IMG/VR virus record: IMGVR_UViG_3300030061_003198
Length of the DNA: 64,000 nucleotides
Reading direction: 5' to 3' (one strand)
DNA from: a virus
Shown here in pieces: positions 28,647 through 38,412 of this stretch. The position numbers were made by a program, and so were the translations under genes. The notes under the pieces were generated by a model. That model saw only the letters and a program-made list of their open reading frames with translations. It was not told the DNA's origin and ran no database searches. How positions within the stretch are numbered: the first letter of the stretch is position 1; each line of letters opens with the position of its first letter.

Positions 28647-30664
28647 TATCTAGAATACTTTAATGTACCTAATATTTGATTTATAGGTGCGAATGCGCCT
28701 GTTAACTTATATGTTTCGCCTCCATATGTAAATACAATGCCTTCTAGCGGCACAATTTTTTCAAATCCGCCTAGTCTTTTTATTCGATCTAATTCAAGCT
28801 TTAATTTATCTAATGTTGCAATATTATTTGATGATTTCACATCTCGTAGCACTGCTGCCAAATTCTTTCTAATATCCTGAACTGATTTAGCTGGGTTTGC
28901 TGCTAAAAAGTTAGAAGCATTTTTTAGCACTTCTGCGCCTAGTTTTAAAAATATAGATTCAAATGGTTCCATATTTTGTTTTTGATATTTTTTAAAGTCT
29001 TTTTTGTCAAATGAAATTACCCATTCTAAGAATTCTTCATTATCGATCATTTTTTTAATTTTTGTAATAGATGTACTTTTGTTATAAAATGCCCATCTAT
29101 TTACTAATAATTCTAAAACGTCTTCTGGAATGTTATAATTATCTTTTAAGGCTTTTGATTTTATAACTTCTCTCCACCATGCAATATGATACTCGGTTAC
29201 TTTGTCAGTATCTTTTAATTTGTATCTATTTTTTAATTGATCTAATTCTTTAAACAATGCATCTTGATAATCTTGAAAATTTTCAACAGGGCCTAATTTT
29301 ATTTTTTGCGGAGGAATTAAATTAAAAGTATTTTGCATATGTGCATTTGCATCTTCGATAGCTTTTTGTACAACATTACCTCCTGACATATCTGTTTCCA
29401 CAACGTTGCCATTTTCATCATATTCAACTAAATTATGAAATTGAAGTAATGCTTTTTCATATGCTATAACATTTTTCGTTGCTGGATATATAATTTCCAT
29501 GTTAGCAAATATTTTTCCATTTTGGAATATACTATTTAATTTATCTTGGCCGACCTTGGAAAATGCAGCTGCTAAATCATTTCCAGCTTCTCCAAATGAG
29601 TCTGACAATGCTCCTCTTCCTGCAAATTTTGTTTGGAGTTCTTTAACCGTTAATGGATTAATACGTTCTTTAACTCCTCTAGCAAATTTTACTTGGCCAT
29701 CTTTAACAGTCATAAAAATATTTTGGCCATCAGTTTTTTCAGTTACTGCAGATTCGATATCTAATCTACCTTCTAATGCTCGAGCGATCATTTCTTTCAT
29801 ATCCGCAAATGATAAATCATGTCTATCATATGGATGATTCATATGACCAGCTAATCCGCCTTCATTTAAATATTTTGTTCCAAATACCGTTTTTGGATAT
29901 TTGTCAAAGTCATATGTAAACCCTCGATCATTTTTTTTATCTAAAAACGTACGTAGTTTTTTAATTTTTTTAGAATGGGCGTCTGATCCTTTTGGTGTCA
30001 TATAGCCATCTTCAAATAATTCATTAGCATCATTTGTTAATTCTTGCAACAACCATTCTTTCATGCCCATTACATCGCCATATGTTTCTGCTCCGCCTAG
30101 CATTTGCCAAATATTTTTAATAATAGCTTCATCATAATTTGGATAACTTGCTTTAAATTTACTATATGCGTCTGCATTTAATGCTGCTCTTACTGCAGAA
30201 GCAGATATTGCATTACCGTCATCATATTTTAATGGATCTGCAGAAACTGTTAATTCTATAGCATCAACTCCAGCCGGAATTTTTCTTCCAGATCTATCTC
30301 CAATAGTTTTATATTTATCTATATTTGGTATAAAGGTTTTAACACGAACATAGTCATCATCTTTTTCAGATGCAGCTAATGCAAATCTACCTTGCGTATC
30401 TTCTGGTAAATTAAAAAGATATTCATATGCGGCCATTATTGGAGAATTAAAATCAGTAGATTGTATTTCAATATTATTATTTCTATTTAATAGATTAAAC
30501 ATTTTAATACTTTTATCTCTAGTTATCCCATCTCTTTCTTTTGGACCTATTAACATGATAACTCGATCAACATTAGGGTTTTGTGCATATCGTTGTGCAA
30601 GAGCCATATGAGCTCCTGTTATTGGCTTAAAGCCTCCTGGGAATAATACTGTTACGTTCTTCAT
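28646..30664 (-). CDS. Fusion: HIGH-type (cytidylyl/NMN adenylyl) nucleotidyltransferase plus RNA-ligase-like nucleotidyltransferase domain
   Basis: N-term LFPGGFKPITGAH...ISASAVR; C-term TEKTDGQN (KxDG), LEGIVF, YKLTG. Confidence 0.7.
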   Translation of the reverse strand: MKNVTVLFPGGFKPITGAHMALAQRYAQNPNVDRVIMLIGPKERDGITRDKSIKMFNLLNRNNNIEIQSTDFNSPIMAAYEYLFNLPEDTQGRFALAASEKDDDYVRVKTFIPNIDKYKTIGDRSGRKIPAGVDAIELTVSADPLKYDDGNAISASAVRAALNADAYSKFKASYPNYDEAIIKNIWQMLGGAETYGDVMGMKEWLLQELTNDANELFEDGYMTPKGSDAHSKKIKKLRTFLDKKNDRGFTYDFDKYPKTVFGTKYLNEGGLAGHMNHPYDRHDLSFADMKEMIARALEGRLDIESAVTEKTDGQNIFMTVKDGQVKFARGVKERINPLTVKELQTKFAGRGALSDSFGEAGNDLAAAFSKVGQDKLNSIFQNGKIFANMEIIYPATKNVIAYEKALLQFHNLVEYDENGNVVETDMSGGNVVQKAIEDANAHMQNTFNLIPPQKIKLGPVENFQDYQDALFKELDQLKNRYKLKDTDKVTEYHIAWWREVIKSKALKDNYNIPEDVLELLVNRWAFYNKSTSITKIKKMIDNEEFLEWVISFDKKDFKKYQKQNMEPFESIFLKLGAEVLKNASNFLAANPAKSVQDIRKNLAAVLRDVKSSNNIATLDKLKLELDRIKRLGGFEKIVPLEGIVFTYGGETYKLTGAFAPINQILGTLKYSR

Positions 30665-30668
30665 TTTA

Positions 30669-30677
30669 TATAAATAT
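30669..30677 (-). promoter_or_regulatory. Putative late promoter motif ATATTTATA
   Basis: 4 nt upstream of ATG. Confidence 0.6.
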
Positions 30678-30698
30678 TACTTTAAATTATTATCATGA

Positions 30699-33659
30699 TT
30701 AAAATAAGTTTTGCCAACCTGAGCCATTATAACATTGCAGTTTGATAGCATTTGTATTATAAACTATTAATCCTTCCGGTGGCGAGGATATTGCATCTCG
30801 TTGAGTCGATGTCATTCTTGGTGGTAAAAATCCTTGACTAGTTGAATCAACTTGTAAAGCTGCTGCTGAGTTGATAACTCCTCCATAGCCGCCTCCTATA
30901 TATATTCCACCATTAGAAGTTGCCAGGCCTCTGTCAAAATTAATTTTACCGTTTGTATCAGATCCCCAATCAAATGACGATATTCCGATTGGCCTATAAT
31001 CACTAGTAGATTTTAAAAATTGTATACGACATCCGCTCTGTAATTTCCAAAGTCCGCCTTGGTTATCATGATTGGTTGTGCCGTTTCCTATACTTCCTGC
31101 AGGGAGTCTTTTGCCATATGTATCTGAACCAATTGTTCTTGTTTGGTATAATTGATAGTGCCAATCATCTTTATCAGCGCCGAATGCATCAGTAAACAAA
31201 TTATTTGATTCAGCTGATTTTAATGCTATATATACTGTAGCTACTACTTCAAGTTGTATAGCATCTCCTTCATCAATTCCAACTTCATCAGGAGTTATAA
31301 TCATACCAATTGGATAATCAGGCGCGGTGTTAATACGAACTTGAGTAGCTATTTCTCCTCCTTGAGATCCATCTAATAGTAATTTTGTAAAGTTTAATGT
31401 TTGAGGTGTTCCACTAGAATCATTGATCGTTGTAGTATAATTTTCATAATATAAAGCTTTATCTGCAGTGCCGTCAATTTTAATAATACGATACATTACT
31501 AGATCTGCAATTAAATATTCGTTCAATCTCATTCGATTTGCATTAACTGCCCCATCTTGTGATACAGAAAAATTACTAGCTGATATAGCTAAATTACCAT
31601 TTGATCCACTTATAAATACTGAACCTGATTTCCCTAGAAAAAATTTATCTGTTACTATTTCTAATTCACTTGGATCTGTACGAAATTTAAAATAACTTTC
31701 TGATGTAGCTACCATTTCTAATCCTACCCCAGTATATGGTGTAGCAGATTGTTCCGGTAATGCAGATCCAGAAAATAATAAAAATCCGCCTCCTCCATTT
31801 GATCCGGTTGCTTGATTAAATCCTTCATATCCTAATGATCTTATAAATCCTGTATTTTTTAATCCGGAAATATCAATGCCAGATCTTAAATTGTCGGCTA
31901 CATATAATGATCCAGTAAGCATTGAAAATCCGCCATCTATATATCGATTTCCGCCTTGCCAATTCTTGTCATATATATAACTTACTGTTTTACTTCTATT
32001 TCCAACTATATTATAATATTCAACTTTAAATGATAATTGATTATCACTTTTATGTTTTGTTGGTATTTCTGAACGTATTCTTGTGTAATTTGGACTATAT
32101 CCAATTTCTGCATTTGTTAATGTTCTTACATCGGCTATTTGCCATGCTCCTGAATCTATTACGAATAATAATGAACCGTTACCAGTTTTATCAGCTTTAA
32201 ATTCAAATTCAATATCATCATATCTTTGATTGTCAGCTGTACATTCGATTTCTCCAATTTTTTTACCTAATTTGATAGGCAGATCTTGATTTAATATATC
32301 AGATGCGTTATAATTAAATGCAGATCCAGATGCATAAATAAATAATTTTGGATTCTTATTATTACTAACTGTACTTCTTGTTGCTAGTGCATCTAACGTT
32401 ACTTTATATTCAGACTGACTAATAAAATAACCAGTATATTGATCTTTTACTTGTGTAACTAAAACATTGTTATTTGAAGTAATATCCGTTGAACTATCAA
32501 TTAACATCCCATTATTAATCGAAGAAGTTGTCCATGTCAATGTAGGAGCAGTAGTTTCAGAATTACCTAAATATGTATGTCCTTCCCAATATGTGTCAAT
32601 TACACTTTGAGTTGTGAATATTCCAATTGATTCGTCTGGAGTTAATGATGCTGTGGAATCTACGAATATTTCCGTTCCCTCTAATGCTACATCATTAACT
32701 ATTTCCCATGTGCCAACATTTCCTTTTGTATTAGTATATACTTTAATTCTAGAAATATCACCAGCGCTTGGTTCTAATTTATCAATTTGTACTAATGCAA
32801 ACGATTCAGAATGTTGAGTAGAAACATATGTAGGGATTGATTCATATGAAGCTGTATACGTAGTAGCAGTAAATGCATTATAAGTATGTGATGATATGCT
32901 TTGATTGCTATTTACTGTGTATGGAGTTTCCAATTGTATTGCAGTATCACTTAATATTTTTCTTATCTTTGATGTATATGTTGTATTTGTTACATTATAT
33001 GTTGGGGTCGGTTGTAATGATAATGGAGTCGGTATAGTTATGGTTCCGCCTAACATTTCACCTGTAAATTTGCCGCCTGTAATTTTTAGAACAGGATAAT
33101 TTTGATTATATAAATATTCTACAGTACCGGTTGAATATGTTGGAAATTGTGTATTTGTATACGATCTATCTAGTTGTACTCCAATATTTTCTGAAACTGT
33201 TACATTTGGTTCATTAACAAATATAATTTCTGATTCATTTGGAGTAGTAGGATTTGTTGGTAATTGTCTAGACCATTTAACATTGATTTTATTACGCCAT
33301 TCAGCTGGAACATTTATATTATTTATAGTAGAAATTTCGCCAATTAACGTTACAGTTGATGGTCCAGGCGGAGTGTCTTCATAAATATATATTGCAATTA
33401 CTCTAGATTTATCTTCATCAATATAACTTAATATTTCGCTATATATAGCATTACCATTTGCGTCTAGTACTTCACATTCAATATTTGAACCAAGCTTTAA
33501 ATTTGATGCATTTCCTTGTAATTTAAATAAATTTTTTCCTGCTGTTAATCGTAATGGAAATTCAGTTATTTTAAATACATCTTCAGATGTTAATGATGTG
33601 TCAGTAAAAAATGTTGGTATATATTGAAGTCCAGAATATATTGCTCGTAATTTTGACAT
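30699..33659 (-). CDS. Large virion structural (tail/baseplate-associated) protein
   Basis: 986 aa, beta-rich, many TGS/SGS; C-terminal ALQVDSTSQGFLPPRMT..QRDAISSP.EGLIVYNT...YNG..W module typical of fibres and Bacteroidota proteins. Confidence 0.65.
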   Translation of the reverse strand: MSKLRAIYSGLQYIPTFFTDTSLTSEDVFKITEFPLRLTAGKNLFKLQGNASNLKLGSNIECEVLDANGNAIYSEILSYIDEDKSRVIAIYIYEDTPPGPSTVTLIGEISTINNINVPAEWRNKINVKWSRQLPTNPTTPNESEIIFVNEPNVTVSENIGVQLDRSYTNTQFPTYSTGTVEYLYNQNYPVLKITGGKFTGEMLGGTITIPTPLSLQPTPTYNVTNTTYTSKIRKILSDTAIQLETPYTVNSNQSISSHTYNAFTATTYTASYESIPTYVSTQHSESFALVQIDKLEPSAGDISRIKVYTNTKGNVGTWEIVNDVALEGTEIFVDSTASLTPDESIGIFTTQSVIDTYWEGHTYLGNSETTAPTLTWTTSSINNGMLIDSSTDITSNNNVLVTQVKDQYTGYFISQSEYKVTLDALATRSTVSNNKNPKLFIYASGSAFNYNASDILNQDLPIKLGKKIGEIECTADNQRYDDIEFEFKADKTGNGSLLFVIDSGAWQIADVRTLTNAEIGYSPNYTRIRSEIPTKHKSDNQLSFKVEYYNIVGNRSKTVSYIYDKNWQGGNRYIDGGFSMLTGSLYVADNLRSGIDISGLKNTGFIRSLGYEGFNQATGSNGGGGFLLFSGSALPEQSATPYTGVGLEMVATSESYFKFRTDPSELEIVTDKFFLGKSGSVFISGSNGNLAISASNFSVSQDGAVNANRMRLNEYLIADLVMYRIIKIDGTADKALYYENYTTTINDSSGTPQTLNFTKLLLDGSQGGEIATQVRINTAPDYPIGMIITPDEVGIDEGDAIQLEVVATVYIALKSAESNNLFTDAFGADKDDWHYQLYQTRTIGSDTYGKRLPAGSIGNGTTNHDNQGGLWKLQSGCRIQFLKSTSDYRPIGISSFDWGSDTNGKINFDRGLATSNGGIYIGGGYGGVINSAAALQVDSTSQGFLPPRMTSTQRDAISSPPEGLIVYNTNAIKLQCYNGSGWQNLF

Positions 33660-33675
33660 TGTACATTTTCTTTAA

Positions 33676-33684
33676 TATAAATAT
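33676..33684 (-). promoter_or_regulatory. Putative late promoter motif ATATTTATA
   Basis: Overlaps upstream TAA. Confidence 0.6.
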
Positions 33685-36600
33685 TACGTGTGTACAATAT
33701 GACTGAAATTATCAATTTTATTGACATCGATTAAATTATCAACCATGTCACGCATTGATTCTACATGAGATATAATAATTGAAAAGTCAAATTTAGTTCT
33801 AAAATAATCAAATAGGTTTGTTACCGCAGATATGTGTTCTTGATCTAAACTACCCCAGCCTTCATCGATAGCTATAAAATTAGGCCTTGGTAAAGCTGAC
33901 ACATTAATTAAAGCTACACGAATAGCTAATGAAGAAATAAATCGCTCCATTCCAGATGTTAATTCTAACGGCCAATAATTATCTTCGTCATATATAATGT
34001 AACCATTAATATTTTTGCCGTCTGTATTTAATACCATATTAAAATCTACAACTTGATTTAAAACATTGTTGATTTCTGTTTCAATTTTTGGTAATGCTTT
34101 TTTAATTAATTCATATGGAACGCCATCTCTTTTTACAGATTTTAAATAATATTCATATGCTTTATATTCTGTTTCGAGTTGTTTATATGTGTCTAATTGT
34201 TCTAATGCTGTTTTCTTTTTAGTTTTAGCTACTTCAATTTCTCCATGATTTGATTTAATTGCATCTGTAATTGTTTTTAATGTGGATACAATATCTGATA
34301 TTAATTTCTTTTTGTTTGATATTTTTTCATCTATAGACTTATTATGTATAATTGCAGACTCATTTTTTCTAAATAATTCTTGTCTTTCTAAACATGTTTC
34401 TAATTCAGATTCTTTTGTTTGCATATCACTTTCAAATATCTGTAATTGTAATTCTTGTTTATCTAATGTATTTCTAAGATCTTGTTTTTCTTGAATTTTA
34501 TCTATTTCGTCTTGTATAATATTTAATTTCATTTTAGAAGATCTCAAAATTTGTTCTTCTTTTAATAAGTTTTTTTCTTCTATAGGAATTTGTTTTTCTG
34601 CTTCTTTAGCTTCTTGTACAAATATATTTGATACACAATATTTACATTCTGGATCATATTCATGATCTTTTAAATTATCTATTTTTTCTTGTAAATATAT
34701 AAGCTCCGCTTGATGTCTATGTATCCATCTAGTAGATTCTCCTATAGACTTATTAATATTATCTTTTTTTATGTTACGAACATTTAAATCTGATTGAAAG
34801 TCATAGTCTGTGCCATATTTACATTGACTATTTAATGTATCAATTGTAGATTCATGTTCTTCTATATTATTTTGTAATTCTTCTATAGCTTCTTCAAGAT
34901 TTGTTTGAGTATCTTCTAAATCTTCAATATTAGGTCCGTCATATGACATTGGTTGTTTTGATTCAATTAAATCAACTATACCATTCTGTAAGTTATTTCT
35001 AGAATCTTGTAATTCATTGTCATTTTTTTCTAATTCAATTATTGTATCTTGATTTGCAATAATAATATCATCTGATTCTTTTATTATAGATCCAAAGTCT
35101 GTTTTCTTATATTCTTTTAATTTACCTGCAGTTTCTTTTATTTCCTCTGAAGCTAGATTATAAAGTTGTTCAAAAACTGTAGTGTCTAGAAATTGTGATA
35201 GTAAATCTTTTCTTTCTCTCTGAGACTTTTCTATAAAATTATTATTATCAGCTTGTAATGAAAATGCAGTTAAAATAAAATCATCATATGTTCCTAGATA
35301 TCTTCGTATACTTTTATTTGTATCACTACGTTCTTCTCCGTTTAAATTTTCATCTTCATTATAAAAATTAACATTTACTTTAACATGGCCATGTTTTAAT
35401 GTTATACCTTCACGTTCAATTGTATATAATTTATTATTTAATTTAAATTTAAAAATGCCTTTAAATGTAGATTTTTTATTATTTAAAACTTCTTTTGATT
35501 TACTAGTTTTACTACATTTATCGAATATTGTATATATTATAGAATCTAATAATGATGATTTACCAGATGCATTTGCAGCAAATAATCCTATGACATCAGA
35601 TAATTTAGAGAAATCTACTTTATTTCTTTCCCCATATGAAAACATGTTATCAAACTCAAAAGACACTGGGTACCATGTTACATTTCTAACTGAATCTAAT
35701 ATAGGTAACTTTGAGTTAATAGTTCTATTAATATGTCGTATAGCGTCTAATTCTTTTTTATCTGCGTCAGGATGATTTTCTTCAATAAATTGTGTTATTA
35801 AATTATTTTGATATTCTACATCTCTAACATTACCAATTGATATTGATCCATTTTGATTACTCTCAATATGATTAGCAGTTCGTTGTATAGATATATCTTG
35901 TACTTTATATTTTTTTCGAATTGTTGCAATTAATTTTTTAATATCTGATGCATCAGTATCAGCAAATTTAATTCTAACTCTAGGTTTATTTGGTACACGG
36001 TGTGGGGATTTTATAATTTTTGCGTTTTCTACTTCAAAAGTAACATATCCATATTCATTTGGAATTTCAACAAATTCTGCGGACTTATCTGGTAGATCCC
36101 ATATTAATATGCCATGATCAAGTGCTTCTCCATGGTTTTGTTGAATTAATGATCCAGGATATCCAATTGTTTTTTCTTCGTTTAAGAATTGTGCAGGTTT
36201 GTGTATATCGCCTAGTAATGTTAAATCATGTCCTTGAAATAATTCGGTAGTAACATTTTCATTTGAAATTTGAAACCCTATATCAGTTTTAGCACTATGT
36301 ACAGCTCCATGATGTAATGCTATTTTATAATGTCCTTCAAAATCTTTTGCTTTAATATAATCTTTTGGAGCAACGTCAACTGCCATATGATTAAATATAA
36401 TATTGGAAAAACTAAATAAGCCATTATCTTTTATAAAATGAATATTATCATTATTAATAACGTCCAATATTGGAGATATTGCGTCTAATCTATACAAATT
36501 ATTTAAATTCATATCATGATTACCTAATATAACAATTGTAGGTATTTGAAATCCATTAAAGAATTTTGTTAACATGTTAATTAATTCTGGTGACATATCT

Positions 36601-36794
36601 AGTTTAGAGTGTACTATATCGCCTGTTAATACACAAATACTTTGGTCCGTTGCATGTTGAGCTATATGTAAAAATAAATTGTCAAATACTTCTTGATATT
36701 CTTTGTGTCGTTTCAATGTACGAATATGTATATCAGATATATGAAATATCTTATCAACAGCTGTAATATTAGTTTTTATTGTTTTTATTTCCAT
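33684..36794 (-). CDS. Fused Mre11/SbcD nuclease - Rad50/SbcC ATPase (T4 gp47-gp46-like) recombination exonuclease
   Basis: SDIH, GDIVH, GNHD, HHG, GDIH, YPGS phosphoesterase motifs; then ANASGKSS Walker A, coiled coil with CKYC hook, SGME signature, IDEG Walker B, IISH. Confidence 0.93.
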   Translation of the reverse strand: MEIKTIKTNITAVDKIFHISDIHIRTLKRHKEYQEVFDNLFLHIAQHATDQSICVLTGDIVHSKLDMSPELINMLTKFFNGFQIPTIVILGNHDMNLNNLYRLDAISPILDVINNDNIHFIKDNGLFSFSNIIFNHMAVDVAPKDYIKAKDFEGHYKIALHHGAVHSAKTDIGFQISNENVTTELFQGHDLTLLGDIHKPAQFLNEEKTIGYPGSLIQQNHGEALDHGILIWDLPDKSAEFVEIPNEYGYVTFEVENAKIIKSPHRVPNKPRVRIKFADTDASDIKKLIATIRKKYKVQDISIQRTANHIESNQNGSISIGNVRDVEYQNNLITQFIEENHPDADKKELDAIRHINRTINSKLPILDSVRNVTWYPVSFEFDNMFSYGERNKVDFSKLSDVIGLFAANASGKSSLLDSIIYTIFDKCSKTSKSKEVLNNKKSTFKGIFKFKLNNKLYTIEREGITLKHGHVKVNVNFYNEDENLNGEERSDTNKSIRRYLGTYDDFILTAFSLQADNNNFIEKSQRERKDLLSQFLDTTVFEQLYNLASEEIKETAGKLKEYKKTDFGSIIKESDDIIIANQDTIIELEKNDNELQDSRNNLQNGIVDLIESKQPMSYDGPNIEDLEDTQTNLEEAIEELQNNIEEHESTIDTLNSQCKYGTDYDFQSDLNVRNIKKDNINKSIGESTRWIHRHQAELIYLQEKIDNLKDHEYDPECKYCVSNIFVQEAKEAEKQIPIEEKNLLKEEQILRSSKMKLNIIQDEIDKIQEKQDLRNTLDKQELQLQIFESDMQTKESELETCLERQELFRKNESAIIHNKSIDEKISNKKKLISDIVSTLKTITDAIKSNHGEIEVAKTKKKTALEQLDTYKQLETEYKAYEYYLKSVKRDGVPYELIKKALPKIETEINNVLNQVVDFNMVLNTDGKNINGYIIYDEDNYWPLELTSGMERFISSLAIRVALINVSALPRPNFIAIDEGWGSLDQEHISAVTNLFDYFRTKFDFSIIISHVESMRDMVDNLIDVNKIDNFSHIVHT

Positions 36795-37732
36795 AATGAA
36801 TTTATTTCCATTTGCATCAATTCTTCAAAAGAAAATTGATATGTGTCTTGAATTTTTTCAGTAATTTTTTCATATCCTAATTCGTTAGGATCATGATCAT
36901 CTAATTTAACTAAATGTACTTTTATACCTTCGGTCAGAAATGTATGAGCTATATGCTTTGCATTTTTTATTGCATCTTGATCTAAACATATATAGATTTC
37001 TTTTACTCCCTCTTCGATAATTTTTATTCGAAGATTAGGATTAATCATTTTACCAAATAATGGTATTGCATTTCTTTTAATTGTAATAGCATCAAAAGCG
37101 CCTTCACATAATATAATAGGTTCATTCCAATTAATTAACATATCAAATCCTATAATATCTTTTGATACTTTTGGATTCTTGTGTTTATATGAATCATGTT
37201 CATAAAATGCTCTTGATACAAAATAATTTAATTGTCCTTCGCAGTCATAACTTGGAATAATTATTTTTCCAGAATATGGACCATTCTCAGCATATCCTAT
37301 TCTGTATCGAATTATATCAAATATTGATATTCCACGACCTTTTAAATAATGCATTGCATTTCGATAATCAGGGGATGTTCTTTTTAGCCATAACGGCCTA
37401 TAATCTTCTGGTAATTGTATTACCTCTTCAATTTGATTTTTATCTTGAGAGTTATTTCTATACTTAGATCTTTCAATTATTTTACTTAGTTTATCAAATT
37501 TATCTTGAGATAATTTTAATTGCTTAAATAAAGAATGTATAGATCTGCCTTTTTTATTGGATATCCAACAGTGCCATGGATTCTGGCCTTCGCTGTCAGT
37601 ATTAATATCAATTTCTAATTTAGGTTTATAATGTGAAGTAAACGGGGAGAAAAATGCTATATTATCGCCTGATGTTGGTTTACCTTTACCTAATGTAGAT
37701 TCTAGTAATTGAAGTAACTTAAGATTCTTCAT
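36785..37732 (-). CDS. dnaG: DNA primase (DnaG-type TOPRIM)
   Basis: YLKGRGI, IIIPSYD, ILCEGAFDA, ICLDQDA, DPNE. Confidence 0.9.
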   Translation of the reverse strand: MKNLKLLQLLESTLGKGKPTSGDNIAFFSPFTSHYKPKLEIDINTDSEGQNPWHCWISNKKGRSIHSLFKQLKLSQDKFDKLSKIIERSKYRNNSQDKNQIEEVIQLPEDYRPLWLKRTSPDYRNAMHYLKGRGISIFDIIRYRIGYAENGPYSGKIIIPSYDCEGQLNYFVSRAFYEHDSYKHKNPKVSKDIIGFDMLINWNEPIILCEGAFDAITIKRNAIPLFGKMINPNLRIKIIEEGVKEIYICLDQDAIKNAKHIAHTFLTEGIKVHLVKLDDHDPNELGYEKITEKIQDTYQFSFEELMQMEINSLWK

Positions 37733-37738
37733 ATATAT

Positions 37739-37767
37739 ATTATAAGTAAATTTAGTTAGAAATCAAA
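37739..37767 (-). promoter_or_regulatory. Sigma70-like promoter TTTGAT-N17-TATAAT
   Basis: Directly upstream of primase ATG. Confidence 0.5.
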
Positions 37768-37887
37768 AGTATAGGCTTTATATTATACTGGTTAGACACA
37801 TTCATTACATTAAATAGTCTAACGAATCATCATTTAATAATAATAAATTATATTAAAAGATTTCATCTTTATATTAAATACATTAAG

Positions 37888-37916
37888 AAAATAATGATTA
37901 TTTTTCAATTATCCAA
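37888..37916 (-). promoter_or_regulatory. Sigma70-like promoter TTGGAT-N17-TATTTT
   Basis: Spacer nearly identical to the 20436-20464 promoter. Confidence 0.45.
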
Positions 37917-37919
37917 CCA

Positions 37920-38399
37920 TTAACCAAAAAACTTGATTACATTTGGCTTTTCGTCGACTTTGCAACATTCGGCCAACCATTCCGGCGGCATATCTTTCTT
38001 AGCAACATATTTAATGCCAATTTTCAAAGCATAAGCTTCATATGTTGTTTTAGATCCTTTTGATATTTTTTGATTGGGGTTTTGAAATATTATTCTTAAA
38101 TCTATATCAGGATTAGAAGCTAATATATTTTTCATTTTTTGTCGATCAGTACTAGTCCATCTGCCTTTAGTTTCGATATACATGGTATTGCCATCTTTTT
38201 TTGTGAAAATAAAATCCGGTGTATATTTTGAATTTTTTTGTGGCACTACATATTGTAATGTCTCCGTTTCATAATTTACAGGATATTTTGCTTCTTTTAT
38301 TTGATCTGCTACTTTTAATTCTAATCCAGATCTATAACCGTATTTATATGCCGCTTGGCGTTGTTTACTACCGGCGGTATGCCAATGATTTTTTTTCAT
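37920..38399 (-). CDS. Endonuclease I-like Holliday junction resolvase (T7 gp3 family)
   Basis: YRSGLE, YTPDF, IETKG PD-(D/E)xK motifs. Confidence 0.9.
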   Translation of the reverse strand: MKKNHWHTAGSKQRQAAYKYGYRSGLELKVADQIKEAKYPVNYETETLQYVVPQKNSKYTPDFIFTKKDGNTMYIETKGRWTSTDRQKMKNILASNPDIDLRIIFQNPNQKISKGSKTTYEAYALKIGIKYVAKKDMPPEWLAECCKVDEKPNVIKFFG

Positions 38400-38412
38400 A
38401 ACTTTTTTCTTT

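Noticed and set aside
16808-36794. Introns/inteins in capsid, portal, terminase or Mre11-Rad50
   Set aside because: Continuous ORFs of expected size, no intein C/S...HN boundaries or homing endonuclease motifs seen
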